DNA of 64,000 bases from positions 56 to 64,055 of the forward strand of contig DAIMYL010000001.1 in the NCBI GenBank assembly GCA_036734505.1, written 5' to 3'. The notes under the pieces are model-generated. The model searched no databases and was not told the origin of the DNA. It saw nothing but the letters and a program-made list of their open reading frames with translations. Positions 55,099 through 64,000 of this stretch are shown here, one piece after another; positions within the stretch are counted from its first letter, which is position 1; the number at the start of each line of letters is the position of its first letter. The stretch comes from Steroidobacteraceae bacterium. Lineage in GTDB: Bacteria > Pseudomonadota > Gammaproteobacteria > Steroidobacterales > Steroidobacteraceae. Made by a program: the position numbers and the translations under genes.

Positions 55099-56754
55099 AT
55101 GATGAAGGCATCTTTCCTGCGATGGCCCCTCGGCCTTTCGGCGGCGCTGCTCTTCGCCGCGTTCCATGTCGTGTCGTCATCGTCCCTCGCCGCGTCGCAG
55201 ACAGGACGAGCGATGTCGCCTCGGGTGTCGGTCAACGGCGAGATGCTGGTCGGCGCCTCGTCGCCGATGCCCGGGGTCGACGCCTACCTCGGCATCCCGT
55301 TCGCCGAACCGCCCACCGGCGCGCTGCGTTGGCGTGCGCCCGTGGACTTCGTGGGCCGGGGCGTCACCCGTACGGCCACGGCCTTCGCGCCCGCCTGCAT
55401 GCAGAGCATGCGCATCCTCGACTGGTACCGCGGCATGGCGGAGCGTTTCGGCGCCGAGCGCTCGGTGTTCCCCGACCTCGCGGTCAGCGAGGACTGCCTC
55501 TATCTCAATGTCTGGGCGCCGCGGCAGCGCGGCGACGGGCCGCTGCCGGTGATGGTGTTCTTCCACGGCGGCAGCAACCGCAGCGGTTGGTCCTACGAGC
55601 CCAATTACCACGGCCATCGTCTGGCGGCCGAAGGCGCTGTCGTGGTCACCATCGCCTATCGCCTCGGGGTGTTCGGGTTCTTCTCGCACCCGCAGCTCGC
55701 GGGCGAGCCTGGCGCACAGGCGAACTTCGGTCTCTGGGATCAGCTCGCCGCATTGCGCTGGGTGCAACGCCACATCGGCGCCTTCGGCGGCGACCCCGGC
55801 CGCGTGACGCTGTTCGGCGAGTCGGCGGGTGGCGGCGACATCGCGGCGCTGATGCTCTCGCCTGCGGCGCGCGGGCTCATGCACCGGGCCATCATCCAGA
55901 GCGGCGGCGATTTCGGCTGGCCGGGCATCCGCACGCTCGCCGCCGAGCAGGCGCGCGGGCTCGAACTCGCGCGCGCCTTCGACGCGGACCGTCCGCCCGA
56001 CATCGAGGCGCTGCGGCGCGTCGATGCGGCGCGGTTGCTCGAGGTCGGCGAGCGGGTGTTCAGCAAGCACTACCACGCCCCGGTGGTCGACGGCGTGATC
56101 GTGCAGGGCCAACTGCGCGAGCAGCTCGCCGCGGGAGACTGGCCGCTGCAGCAGCTCGTGATCGGCACCAACGCCGACGAGTACTACTCGGCGGCCCAGC
56201 GCGGCGCGGGCGATGCCGCCATCGACGCCGCGGTGGCGGCGGCCGATGTCCTCAAGACCCCGGAGGCCCGCGCGGCGCTCCGCTCGACGCCCGACGCGGC
56301 GGACGCCATCGACCGGCTCGCCACCGCCGATTCCATGCTCTGTCCGGCGCAGCTGCTGGCGACGGAGGTCGCGCGTGCGCAGCGTCCGGTCTGGATGTAT
56401 CTCTTCGCGCGGGTGCGCGAGGGCAGGGCGGCGGCGGACCTGCGCGCGTATCACGGCGCGGAGCTGCCCTATGTCTTCGGTACGCACGATGCGTGGCTGC
56501 CGACCTCGGCCGCTGATGAACGGCTGACCCGCGAGATGATGCGCGCATGGGTGCGGTTCGCGGCTACCGGTTCGCCCGATGCATCGGGCGCGCCGCAGGT
56601 CGCGGGGGCCGAGCCGAGCTGGTGGCCCTACGGCAGCGCCGTGCTGCGCAGGGTGATGCGGTTCGATGCGGAGCCGATGCCGGTCGAGTCCCCCGAAAAG
56701 GAGCTCTGCGGCATCTACCGTCAGCGCGTGGCCGCGAGCGCCTCGCAGAACTGA
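55099..56754 (+). CDS. Secreted type-B carboxylesterase/lipase (cholinesterase-fold family)
   Basis: Signal-like N-terminus MMKASFLRWPLGLSAALLFAAFHVVSSSSLAAS. Oxyanion region VFFHGGS and nucleophile elbow FGESAGG. Confidence 0.85.
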   Translation: MMKASFLRWPLGLSAALLFAAFHVVSSSSLAASQTGRAMSPRVSVNGEMLVGASSPMPGVDAYLGIPFAEPPTGALRWRAPVDFVGRGVTRTATAFAPACMQSMRILDWYRGMAERFGAERSVFPDLAVSEDCLYLNVWAPRQRGDGPLPVMVFFHGGSNRSGWSYEPNYHGHRLAAEGAVVVTIAYRLGVFGFFSHPQLAGEPGAQANFGLWDQLAALRWVQRHIGAFGGDPGRVTLFGESAGGGDIAALMLSPAARGLMHRAIIQSGGDFGWPGIRTLAAEQARGLELARAFDADRPPDIEALRRVDAARLLEVGERVFSKHYHAPVVDGVIVQGQLREQLAAGDWPLQQLVIGTNADEYYSAAQRGAGDAAIDAAVAAADVLKTPEARAALRSTPDAADAIDRLATADSMLCPAQLLATEVARAQRPVWMYLFARVREGRAAADLRAYHGAELPYVFGTHDAWLPTSAADERLTREMMRAWVRFAATGSPDASGAPQVAGAEPSWWPYGSAVLRRVMRFDAEPMPVESPEKELCGIYRQRVAASASQN

Positions 56755-57896
56755 CGGATGCGGCGGCAGGCCTCGACGATGAGCGCCTCATCGATGGCGA
56801 AGCTCAGGCGTACGAAGCCGCGGGCCTGTTCGCCGAAAGCGAGGCCATCCATCACCGCGACGCCGTGCGACCGGAACAGCCGCTCGGTGAACGCCGTGCT
56901 GTCGAGACCGGTACCGCGGATGTCGAGCAGCAGGAACATGCCTGCTTGGGGGGCGAGGACGGTCGTGCCGGGCACGCCCTGCAGTTGCCCGACCATGAGC
57001 TGCGCGCGCAGCGTGCAATAGTCGCGGGTCTTGCGCTCCGACTCTTCGGTCATGTCGAGCGCGACGAGCGCCGCCTCCTGGATGAATCCCGGAAGTCCGT
57101 ACAGCATGCTGATCAGCAGGTTCTCGGCGTGGTCCATCAGCGTCTTGGGACCGACCATCCAGCCGGCGCGCCAGCCGCACATCGCGTGGGTCTTCGAGAG
57201 GCTGCCGAGGGTGATCACCCGCTCCGGCATCGTCTCCGCGAGGCCCGGCACCCGACCGTTCGGCGCGAGGCCGGCGTAGACCTCGTCGGCGACGATCCAC
57301 AGGTCGTGCCGATGCGCGATGTCGCCGATCGCAGCCCATTCCTCGGCTGAGAGGATGATGCCGGTGGGATTGCCGGGGTTCGCGAGGAACAGCGCGCGCG
57401 AACGCGGCGTGACCGCGGCCTCGAGGTCCCCGGGGTCGAGCCGGAAGCCGTTCTCCGCGCGCAGCGGCACCGGCACCAGATGCGCGCCCGATGATTTGAG
57501 CGTCCCGGGATAGGTGGCGTAGAACGGGTCGAAGGTCAGCACCTCGTCCCCCTCGCCGCTGATGCACATCGCTGCGGTGAGCAGCGCGTTCTGGGCGCCG
57601 GCGGTGACGACGCCCTCGTCCTCGCCCACCTTCTGTCCCGAGCGCCGCTCGTGCAGCTGCGCGATGGCGCGTCGCAGCGTCTCGCGGCCCCGGGCGGTGG
57701 TGTAATGGGTGTCTTCGGCGCGCAGCGCGGCGATCGCGCGGTCGACGACCGGGGTCGGGGTCGACAAAGCCGGGTCGCCGATGCTTAAAATGATGACGTC
57801 TTCGCCCCGGTCCTGGGCGGCCTGCGCCGCGTAGTGGGTGCGCCAAGCGTCCGCGCCGTCCCCTGCGATGCGCGTCACCAATTGCGAGAATTTCAC
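56721..57896 (-). CDS. Class I/II PLP-dependent aminotransferase (AruH arginine:pyruvate transaminase-like)
   Basis: GTG start. The N-terminus (M)KFSQLVTRIAGDGADAW...ILSIGDP resembles AruH-type enzymes as I recall them. The PLP lysine sits in SLSKTHAMCGWRAGW. Confidence 0.8.
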   Translation of the reverse strand: MKFSQLVTRIAGDGADAWRTHYAAQAAQDRGEDVIILSIGDPALSTPTPVVDRAIAALRAEDTHYTTARGRETLRRAIAQLHERRSGQKVGEDEGVVTAGAQNALLTAAMCISGEGDEVLTFDPFYATYPGTLKSSGAHLVPVPLRAENGFRLDPGDLEAAVTPRSRALFLANPGNPTGIILSAEEWAAIGDIAHRHDLWIVADEVYAGLAPNGRVPGLAETMPERVITLGSLSKTHAMCGWRAGWMVGPKTLMDHAENLLISMLYGLPGFIQEAALVALDMTEESERKTRDYCTLRAQLMVGQLQGVPGTTVLAPQAGMFLLLDIRGTGLDSTAFTERLFRSHGVAVMDGLAFGEQARGFVRLSFAIDEALIVEACRRIRQFCEALAATR

Positions 57897-57900
57897 GACG

Positions 57901-59586
57901 ATGAGCCTAGCAGCAAGACCCCTCGGATGTCACATCGTGGACCTGCTGGCCGCCAACGGCATCGACACCGTGTTCGGCATCCCGGGCGTGCACAACCTCG
58001 CGCTCTACCGCGGGCTCGACCGCCGGCGCGAGATGCGCCATGTGCTCACGCGGCACGAGCAGGGCGCAGCTTTCGCCGCCGACGGCCATGCACGCATGAC
58101 CGGTCGCGCGGCGGCGGCCTTCGTCATCTCCGGACCCGGCGTCACCAACGCGCTCACCGCCGTGGCGCAGGCGCGGTCGGATTCGGTGCCGCTGATCATC
58201 GTGGCGAGCACGCCGGCCGGCGATTCGCTCGGCCGCGGCTGGGGTCTGCTGCATGAACTCAAAGACCAGCACGGCGTGATGGATGCCGTGCTCGATCTCA
58301 CCTGCACCGCGCGCTGCGCCGAGGACGCGCAGACCTTCCTGCGCCGCGTGTTCGAGGAGTACGCGGCCGGGCGCACGCGTCCCGCCTATCTCGGCGTACC
58401 GCTCGATCTGCTCGCCGCGGACACGACGCTGCCGGTCGAGGTGTTCGCGGCGCCCGAGGGATCGCTGGCAGCGGCCAGACCCGAGGCATCGGCAGAGCAG
58501 GTGAGGCGCGTGGCCGGGCTGCTGTCCGGCGCCCGGCGTCCCATGGTCATCGCCGGCGGCGGCGCACGCGGCGCGGCTGCAGTGCTGCGCGAAGTCGTCG
58601 AACGCCTCGACGCTTATCTCGTCACCACCGCCGCGGGCAAGGGGGTCCTGCCCGAATCGCATCCCGCCAATCTCGGCTGTTCGCTGCCGTATGCGCCGAC
58701 GCAGCGGTTGATCGCGGAGGCCGATGTGGTGCTCGCGGTGGGGACGGGGCTCTCGGAGACCGACATCTACACCGCGGACCGCCAGGCCGTCGCCGGGCGG
58801 TTGGTGCGGGTCGATATCCGTGAACTCGCCGATGAGCGCCATCCGGCTGCGGAGTCGGTGTGCAGCGATGCCGCATCGTTCGTGCGGGCGCTCGCCGCGG
58901 CCTTGGCCGCGAGCGGACCGTCACGCAGCGGCTGGCGCACGACGGCGGGCGAGGCGGCGCAGCACCGCGCGGCGATCGAGGCGGCGTTCGATGCGCCGTC
59001 ACGGGTGCTGGCGCGCGGGCTCGCCGCGATCCGCGCTGCGCTGCCTGCCGACGCCGTGGTGTTCTCCGACATGACGCAGATCGCCTACCTCGGCAACTAC
59101 GCGTTCCCGATGGACATCCCCGGGGCTTGGCACCATCCGTCGGGCTACGGCACGCTCGGTTTCGCGATGCCCGCGGCGCTCGGCGCCAAGATCGCGGCAC
59201 CGCACCGTCCGGTGTTGGCGTTGCACGGCGACTATGGGCTGCAGTTCACGATCCAGGAACTCGGCACCGCGGTCGAGGCGGGCGTCAGCCTGCCGATCGT
59301 GGTGTGGAACAACGCCGCGCTCGGTCAGATCCGCGACGACATGATCGCTTCGGGCATCGCGCCGATCGGCGTCATCGCCCGCAATCCGGATTTCGTCGCA
59401 CTGGCCGAGGCCTGGGGCGCGCGGGGCGTCCGGGTCGGCGACGGGTCGGCGCTGACGGCGGCGGTGCAGACCGCCCTCGGGCATCCCGGCCCGACGCTCA
59501 TCGAGGTGGATGCCGCGGCGTTCGCCGACGCTGTCGATGGCGCGCCGTCCGGCGCTGCCCCGATCAGCGCCGCCAGCCCGGGTTGA
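57901..59586 (+). CDS. Thiamine-diphosphate-dependent enzyme (acetolactate synthase-like; AruI 2-oxo acid decarboxylase-like)
   Basis: N-terminal ThDP pyrimidine-binding domain (VDLLAANGIDTVFGIPGVHN...RHEQGAAFAADG) and a C-terminal ThDP motif (HGDYGLQFTIQELGT...VWNNAALG). Confidence 0.85.
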   Translation: MSLAARPLGCHIVDLLAANGIDTVFGIPGVHNLALYRGLDRRREMRHVLTRHEQGAAFAADGHARMTGRAAAAFVISGPGVTNALTAVAQARSDSVPLIIVASTPAGDSLGRGWGLLHELKDQHGVMDAVLDLTCTARCAEDAQTFLRRVFEEYAAGRTRPAYLGVPLDLLAADTTLPVEVFAAPEGSLAAARPEASAEQVRRVAGLLSGARRPMVIAGGGARGAAAVLREVVERLDAYLVTTAAGKGVLPESHPANLGCSLPYAPTQRLIAEADVVLAVGTGLSETDIYTADRQAVAGRLVRVDIRELADERHPAAESVCSDAASFVRALAAALAASGPSRSGWRTTAGEAAQHRAAIEAAFDAPSRVLARGLAAIRAALPADAVVFSDMTQIAYLGNYAFPMDIPGAWHHPSGYGTLGFAMPAALGAKIAAPHRPVLALHGDYGLQFTIQELGTAVEAGVSLPIVVWNNAALGQIRDDMIASGIAPIGVIARNPDFVALAEAWGARGVRVGDGSALTAAVQTALGHPGPTLIEVDAAAFADAVDGAPSGAAPISAASPG

Positions 59587-60334
59587 CCCGCTCCAGCGTC
59601 CGCAGGAGCGCCGTCCACGCGAGGTCGTTCGGTTCGTTCACGAGATGCGGCTCGGGCGGCGGAGGCGGGGCGTTGAACTGCCGTTCGGCTTTGCGGCAGA
59701 TGTCCTCCGGCGGCAGCGACAGCGGCTGACCGGTGCTCTGGGCCGCGAGCTGGATCTCGCAGGCCTTCTCCAGATAGAACATCCGCAGGAAAGCCTGTGC
59801 GACCGTGGCGCCCACCGTGAGCAGCCCGTGGTTGCGCATGATCATCACCGGCTTGTCGCCGAGGTCCTGCACGAGCCGCTGCCGTTCGTCGAGGTCGTAG
59901 GAGATGCCCTCGTACGCGTGGTAGGCCACGCGACCGTGGAACTCCAGCGAGATCTGGTTGACGGGCAGCAGACCGTCGCGCTGCGCCGCGACGGCGCAAC
60001 CGGCGAGGGTATGGGTGTGGATGATGCAGTGGGCATCGTCGCGCGCCTCGTGCAGGGCGCCGTGGATGACGAAGCCGGCGAGGTTGATCGGCGGCGTGCG
60101 CGATCCGACCGGCGTGCCGTCGGCCTCCAGCAGCACGAGGTCGGAGGCCGCGATCTCGTCCCACATGAGTCCGTAGGGGTTGATGAGATAGCGCCGCTCG
60201 GGACCCGGCACACGCAACGTACAGTGTGTGTAGATGAGGTCCGTCATCCGGAAGTGCGCGAGCAGCCGATAGCAGGCCGCGAGGTCCTCGCGCAGCCGGC
60301 GCTGTGCGGCCGTCATGCGGCTCAGCTTCGCCAT
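59564..60334 (-). CDS. Class II aldolase/adducin-family protein
   Basis: The internal ATG at 60334 gives a 256-aa protein. FVIHGALHEARDDAHCIIHTHT metal-binding His cluster is typical of the family. Confidence 0.8.
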   Translation of the reverse strand: MAKLSRMTAAQRRLREDLAACYRLLAHFRMTDLIYTHCTLRVPGPERRYLINPYGLMWDEIAASDLVLLEADGTPVGSRTPPINLAGFVIHGALHEARDDAHCIIHTHTLAGCAVAAQRDGLLPVNQISLEFHGRVAYHAYEGISYDLDERQRLVQDLGDKPVMIMRNHGLLTVGATVAQAFLRMFYLEKACEIQLAAQSTGQPLSLPPEDICRKAERQFNAPPPPPEPHLVNEPNDLAWTALLRTLERVNPGWRR

Positions 60335-61530
60335 GCGATGGGTCCTATCTTGGGCAGCATCCATACCCAGCCGACGATGCCGAGCAGGTTGATGGCGGCG
60401 GCCAGCACGAAGGCGCCCTCGAAGCCGCCGGTGGTGCCGACGATGAGACCGGTGATCGCGGGTGCGGCGAGACCGGCGATGTTGCCGCAGGTGTTCTGCA
60501 CGCCGACCCAGCGCGCAGCGGCCCCGGGGCCGGCCAGGGTCTGCGAGATGGAGAAGGTGCCGGGCGAGCCGATGCCGACGATGAACTGGTAGAAGTAGAG
60601 GCAGGCGATGGCGCCCGCCAAGGGCAGTTCGACGATGCCGACCATGCACACCACGCCGAGCAGGTGATACGCGGTCATGATGGACTTGTGCGTGCGGTCC
60701 ACCGAGCCGCCGCGCGCGATCCAGCGGTCGATGGCCCAGCCCGCGCCGAGCGCCGCGAGGGCGTTGACCAGATACGCGCCTGCGGCGACCGTCGCCATGG
60801 TGGCCATCGAGAAGCCGCGCTCGCTCACGAGGTAGGCCGGCAACCAGGCGAGGATCAGGTAGTACGAGTAGTTCATCGAGAAGAGGCCGAGCGACGTGCC
60901 CCACAGCCCGCGTTGACGCAGGATCTCGCCGAACGACGGGCCCGCCGCGGTCCCGTCGCGCCGGGGTTCATGCACGACCGTGCCGCGCCACAACAGCAGC
61001 CACAGCAACGACAACAGCCCGAACAGGATGAAGGTCGCGCGCCAGCCGTACTGCGCCATCAGCAGCCCGCCGGCCAGCGTGCCCACCGCAGGACCGATCA
61101 GGTAGCCGAAGGCGACGATGCCGTTGGCTGCCGCCAGCCGCGAGGGCGGCACCGCGGCGGCGAGCAACCGTGACATGCTGGGGAAGGTCACGCTCTCGCC
61201 GAGCCCCAACAGCAGGCGCAGCACGAAGAGTGCGACGAAGGAGGCGACGAAGCCGCTGACGAGCGTCGCCAGCGACCAGATGACGAGCCCGGCCGCGAGC
61301 ACCGGTTTCGCGCCGTAGCGTTCCGCGAGCCAGCCGGCCGGCACCATCGCCGCCACATAGGTGAAATAGAACGCCGAGAGCAGCAACCCGAGGCGTTCCG
61401 GGGAGAGCGAGAGTTCGGCCTGGATCAGCGGCGCCGCGGTCGCGAGATTGCCGCGGTCCACGTAGCTGATGAAGAGCGCCAACGCCGCCACGAGGGTGGT
61501 CCTCGTGGCGGCGCCGGTGGTCGGTGTCAA
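60322..61530 (-). CDS. MFS transporter (anion:cation symporter-like)
   Basis: 12-TM hydrophobic profile with ISYVDRGNLATAAPLIQAELSLS typical of ACS-type MFS. It overlaps the downstream aldolase start by 13 nt. Confidence 0.85.
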   Translation of the reverse strand: MTPTTGAATRTTLVAALALFISYVDRGNLATAAPLIQAELSLSPERLGLLLSAFYFTYVAAMVPAGWLAERYGAKPVLAAGLVIWSLATLVSGFVASFVALFVLRLLLGLGESVTFPSMSRLLAAAVPPSRLAAANGIVAFGYLIGPAVGTLAGGLLMAQYGWRATFILFGLLSLLWLLLWRGTVVHEPRRDGTAAGPSFGEILRQRGLWGTSLGLFSMNYSYYLILAWLPAYLVSERGFSMATMATVAAGAYLVNALAALGAGWAIDRWIARGGSVDRTHKSIMTAYHLLGVVCMVGIVELPLAGAIACLYFYQFIVGIGSPGTFSISQTLAGPGAAARWVGVQNTCGNIAGLAAPAITGLIVGTTGGFEGAFVLAAAINLLGIVGWVWMLPKIGPIAWRS

Positions 61531-61551
61531 GCGCGGCGCCTTCGGCGCGGA

Positions 61552-64000
61552 TCAGAACTTCTGCGTGAACTTGATGCCGAAGGTGCGCGGTTGCGGCCGC
61601 ACGCCGTACGGCTGGACGCCGCAGACCGACTCCGCGCACTGCGCGGTCTTGTAGAGCGCCGCGTCCTCGTTGCCGACGTTCTGCACGAACAGCTCGATGC
61701 TGTAGCTGTCCTTCGAGATGCCGGCGCTCAGGTCTGCCGTGGTGTTCGCCTCGATGTCGCCGATGATGGCGTTGTCGGAGATCTTGAGGCGCGCTGCGGC
61801 CTTGCCGGAGTAGGCGACCGACCCCTGCAGATGGGCCTCGAAGTCGCCGAGGTTGAAGCCGTAGCGGGCGATCACGTTGCCCTTGAACTTGGGCGTGATG
61901 GGCAGCGGCGTGCCCTTGGGCGCGTTCACCCCGGTGATCACGCCCGCCGCGTCGAAGTTGACGTAGTCGTCCTTGAGCTCCGAGTCGTAGAACGCCGCGC
62001 TGGCGGAGACGAGCAGAGCGTCCGTCGGCAGCCACTGCAGCGATGTCTCGAGGCCCTTCACCTCGGCCGAGGGGCCGTTGTCCACCTGCGTGATGCCGTT
62101 GGCGCCCTGGAACGAGATCTGGAAATCGTCCCACTTCTGCAGGAACAACGCGCCGTTGAACTGCAGGCGGTTGTCCATCCAGGTGGTCTTCCAACCGAAC
62201 TCGTAGTTGGTGAGGAAGTCCGAGATGTAGTCACCGGCGAACGGGTTGCGGTTGATGCCGCCCGGACGGTAGCCCTCGGACCAGGTCAGATAGAGCATGG
62301 CATCTTCGCTGGCCTTGTAGCGCAGGTTCACGCGGCCGATGTTCTCGCTCTCCGAGATGCCCTTGTCGACGTTCTGGCAGGGCGCGTCCTTGTACTGCTT
62401 CTGCGACTTGCAGCGGTACTCGCCGTTGCGCGACCAACCCTGACCCATCGGCGAGAAGGCGCCCGAGCCGCCGTTCGCGACGGCGCCGGGCTCGGAGCCG
62501 GACGGTGCCCGGGCCGGGCTGAAGCCGAGACCGAACCCGAAGAAGCCCTTGACCGTGACCTCCGGCTTGAAGAAACGCGCACCGACGGTGAGCTCGAGGC
62601 TGTCCGTGATGTCGTAGGCGATCTGGCCGAACACGGCCTTGTCGGTGTCGACGCGGTCCAGACTGTTGAGGTAGACCACCCCGGGGAATTTGTCGCCGCT
62701 CGGTTCGTCGCGGTTCATGAGCATCGAGTCGGCGAGACCGGCGATGTTGCCGAAGGGCTGCTCGAAGTCGTGCGTCTGTTTCTGGTAGAAGGCGCCGATC
62801 AGGCCGCGCACGCGCTTGGTCGGGTCGGTGCTGAGCCGCAGCTCGTGGCTCTGCTTCTGGTAGGCGTCGTTGTTGATGAAGCTGTGCGCCGGGTTGGGGC
62901 GGCCGCCCGCGTTGTTGAGGAACAGGCCCGCGAAGTAACCCGAGGTGTAGAGGTTGTCGTACCAGTACGAGTAGTCGGAGTAGTCGAACGAGGCATCGAC
63001 ATCGCGGTCCAGGTAGTTGCCCGAGTAGGTGACATCGAGCGAGCCGATCTGGCCCTCGACGGTGAGGCCGAGCTGGTACCACTTGTCCTTCGAGTATTCC
63101 TCGCGGAAGTGCTTCACGGCATAGGTGCCCGGCGCGAAGCTGCTGAGGTCGTCGCCCCAGGAGCCGCGGCTCTTCTGGTCCTGCATCTGCGCGGTCGGGG
63201 TGATGGTCCAGTCGTCGTTGAGTTCGATGCGCAGCGCAGCGCGGGCGCCGGTGGTGTCGAGGGTGTTGTAGTCGTCCTTGGCGAGGTCGTTGTTGTTGAC
63301 CGTGAAGTTGTCGGCGGCGGTGCTGACATCGCCCGGATAGAGGCGGGTGCCGCGGAGGTTGTCGATCCAGCCGGCCTTCTTGGTCTTCCAACCGACGAGG
63401 CGCAGCGCCGACCGGTCGCCGAGCGGGATGTTCACGTGGCCCTCGGCGACATAGCCGTTGCCGCCGTCGCTGATGGTATTGCCTTCGAGCGCGTAGCCCG
63501 CCGAGAACTTACCGATCTCGGGCTTGTTGGTGATGATGCGGATCGTGCCCGCCTGTGAGCTCGCGCCGTACAGGGTGCCCTGGGGGCCGGCGAGGGCCTC
63601 GACGCGGGCCACATCGTAGAGATGCAGGTCGAGGTTGCCCTGGATGGTGGTGATGGGCTGCTCGTCGAGGTAGGTGCCGACGCTCGGCTGCGAGGTGGTG
63701 GCCTGGCCGTCGCCGCCGGTCACGATGCCGCGCATGTAGACGGCGGAGAAGCCGGCGCCCGCGCCGATGCTGGGCGTCGCGGCGACGCTCGGCAGCATGC
63801 GGACGTAGTCCGTGAAATTGTTGATGTTGAGCTGCTCGAGCTTCTCGGTGCTGATCGCATCGATGCTGATCGGCACATCCTGCATGTTCTCGCTGCGCTT
63901 CTGCGCCGTGACCACGACCTCTTCGAGGCCGCCGCTGTCCTGCGCCAATGCGGCCTGTCCGGCCACGGCGGCGAGGACCGCTGCGGCGATGGGCGTGTGG
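61552..64000 (-). CDS. TonB-dependent outer-membrane receptor (5' end beyond window; partial)
   Basis: Plug region EEVVVTAQKRSENMQDVPISI and a beta-barrel ending in ...RTFGIKFTQKF with a terminal Phe. The reading frame stays open to the window edge, where signal-peptide-like residues appear, so the N-terminus is truncated. Confidence 0.85.
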   Translation of the reverse strand, partial: HTPIAAAVLAAVAGQAALAQDSGGLEEVVVTAQKRSENMQDVPISIDAISTEKLEQLNINNFTDYVRMLPSVAATPSIGAGAGFSAVYMRGIVTGGDGQATTSQPSVGTYLDEQPITTIQGNLDLHLYDVARVEALAGPQGTLYGASSQAGTIRIITNKPEIGKFSAGYALEGNTISDGGNGYVAEGHVNIPLGDRSALRLVGWKTKKAGWIDNLRGTRLYPGDVSTAADNFTVNNNDLAKDDYNTLDTTGARAALRIELNDDWTITPTAQMQDQKSRGSWGDDLSSFAPGTYAVKHFREEYSKDKWYQLGLTVEGQIGSLDVTYSGNYLDRDVDASFDYSDYSYWYDNLYTSGYFAGLFLNNAGGRPNPAHSFINNDAYQKQSHELRLSTDPTKRVRGLIGAFYQKQTHDFEQPFGNIAGLADSMLMNRDEPSGDKFPGVVYLNSLDRVDTDKAVFGQIAYDITDSLELTVGARFFKPEVTVKGFFGFGLGFSPARAPSGSEPGAVANGGSGAFSPMGQGWSRNGEYRCKSQKQYKDAPCQNVDKGISESENIGRVNLRYKASEDAMLYLTWSEGYRPGGINRNPFAGDYISDFLTNYEFGWKTTWMDNRLQFNGALFLQKWDDFQISFQGANGITQVDNGPSAEVKGLETSLQWLPTDALLVSASAAFYDSELKDDYVNFDAAGVITGVNAPKGTPLPITPKFKGNVIARYGFNLGDFEAHLQGSVAYSGKAAARLKISDNAIIGDIEANTTADLSAGISKDSYSIELFVQNVGNEDAALYKTAQCAESVCGVQPYGVRPQPRTFGIKFTQKF

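Overview
This is a visibly GC-rich, proteobacterial-type chromosomal segment, densely coding with about 50 genes. I saw no IS element, integrase, prophage or CRISPR array.

After a tRNA-Met (6-82) and a few membrane, regulator and hydrolase genes, nearly the whole window is a supercluster for quaternary-amine catabolism and disposal of the released C1 units:
- **4222-12223:** a complete gamma-butyrobetaine -> L-carnitine -> glycine betaine module. It holds an NDP-forming acyl-CoA synthetase, an acyl-CoA dehydrogenase, a crotonase, a BKACE cleavage enzyme, a carnitine dehydrogenase-thioesterase fusion and a BCCT transporter.
- **12418-19865:** fhs plus the NAD-dependent formate dehydrogenase genes fdsGBA-fdhD-fdsD.
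- **19834-22823:** a ProV-type ABC importer whose binding protein is fused to the permease.
- **22940-26735:** choline oxidation genes, in which betI and betB form one uninterrupted ORF, followed by betA.
- **26742-35385:** soxBDAG, dimethylglycine dehydrogenase and a GbdR-like AraC regulator.
- **35494-42470:** a tightly coupled corrinoid/THF methyl-transfer operon. It encodes a corrinoid protein, DUF1638, a Virulence_fact-like protein, a MetV-like protein, MetF, a CH3-THF:corrinoid methyltransferase, a RACo-type activase and a FAH-family hydratase. It has no recognisable substrate methyltransferase.
- **46189-47226:** a stand-alone homocysteine S-methyltransferase.
- **48662-55022:** a second, paralogous soxBDAG-like operon with an MFS transporter.

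The 3' part of the window holds a secreted type-B carboxylesterase, an AruH/AruI-like aminotransferase and ThDP enzyme pair, and a TonB receptor-MFS-class II aldolase operon that is truncated at the window end.

The most interesting candidates are:
- the orphan corrinoid operon and its two unknown-function proteins;
- the in-frame BetI-BetB fusion;
- an apparently domain-swapped photolyase homologue;
- a clustered GGACATCC operator-like motif.

All calls come from reading the ORF translations and DNA by eye. No database search was run.
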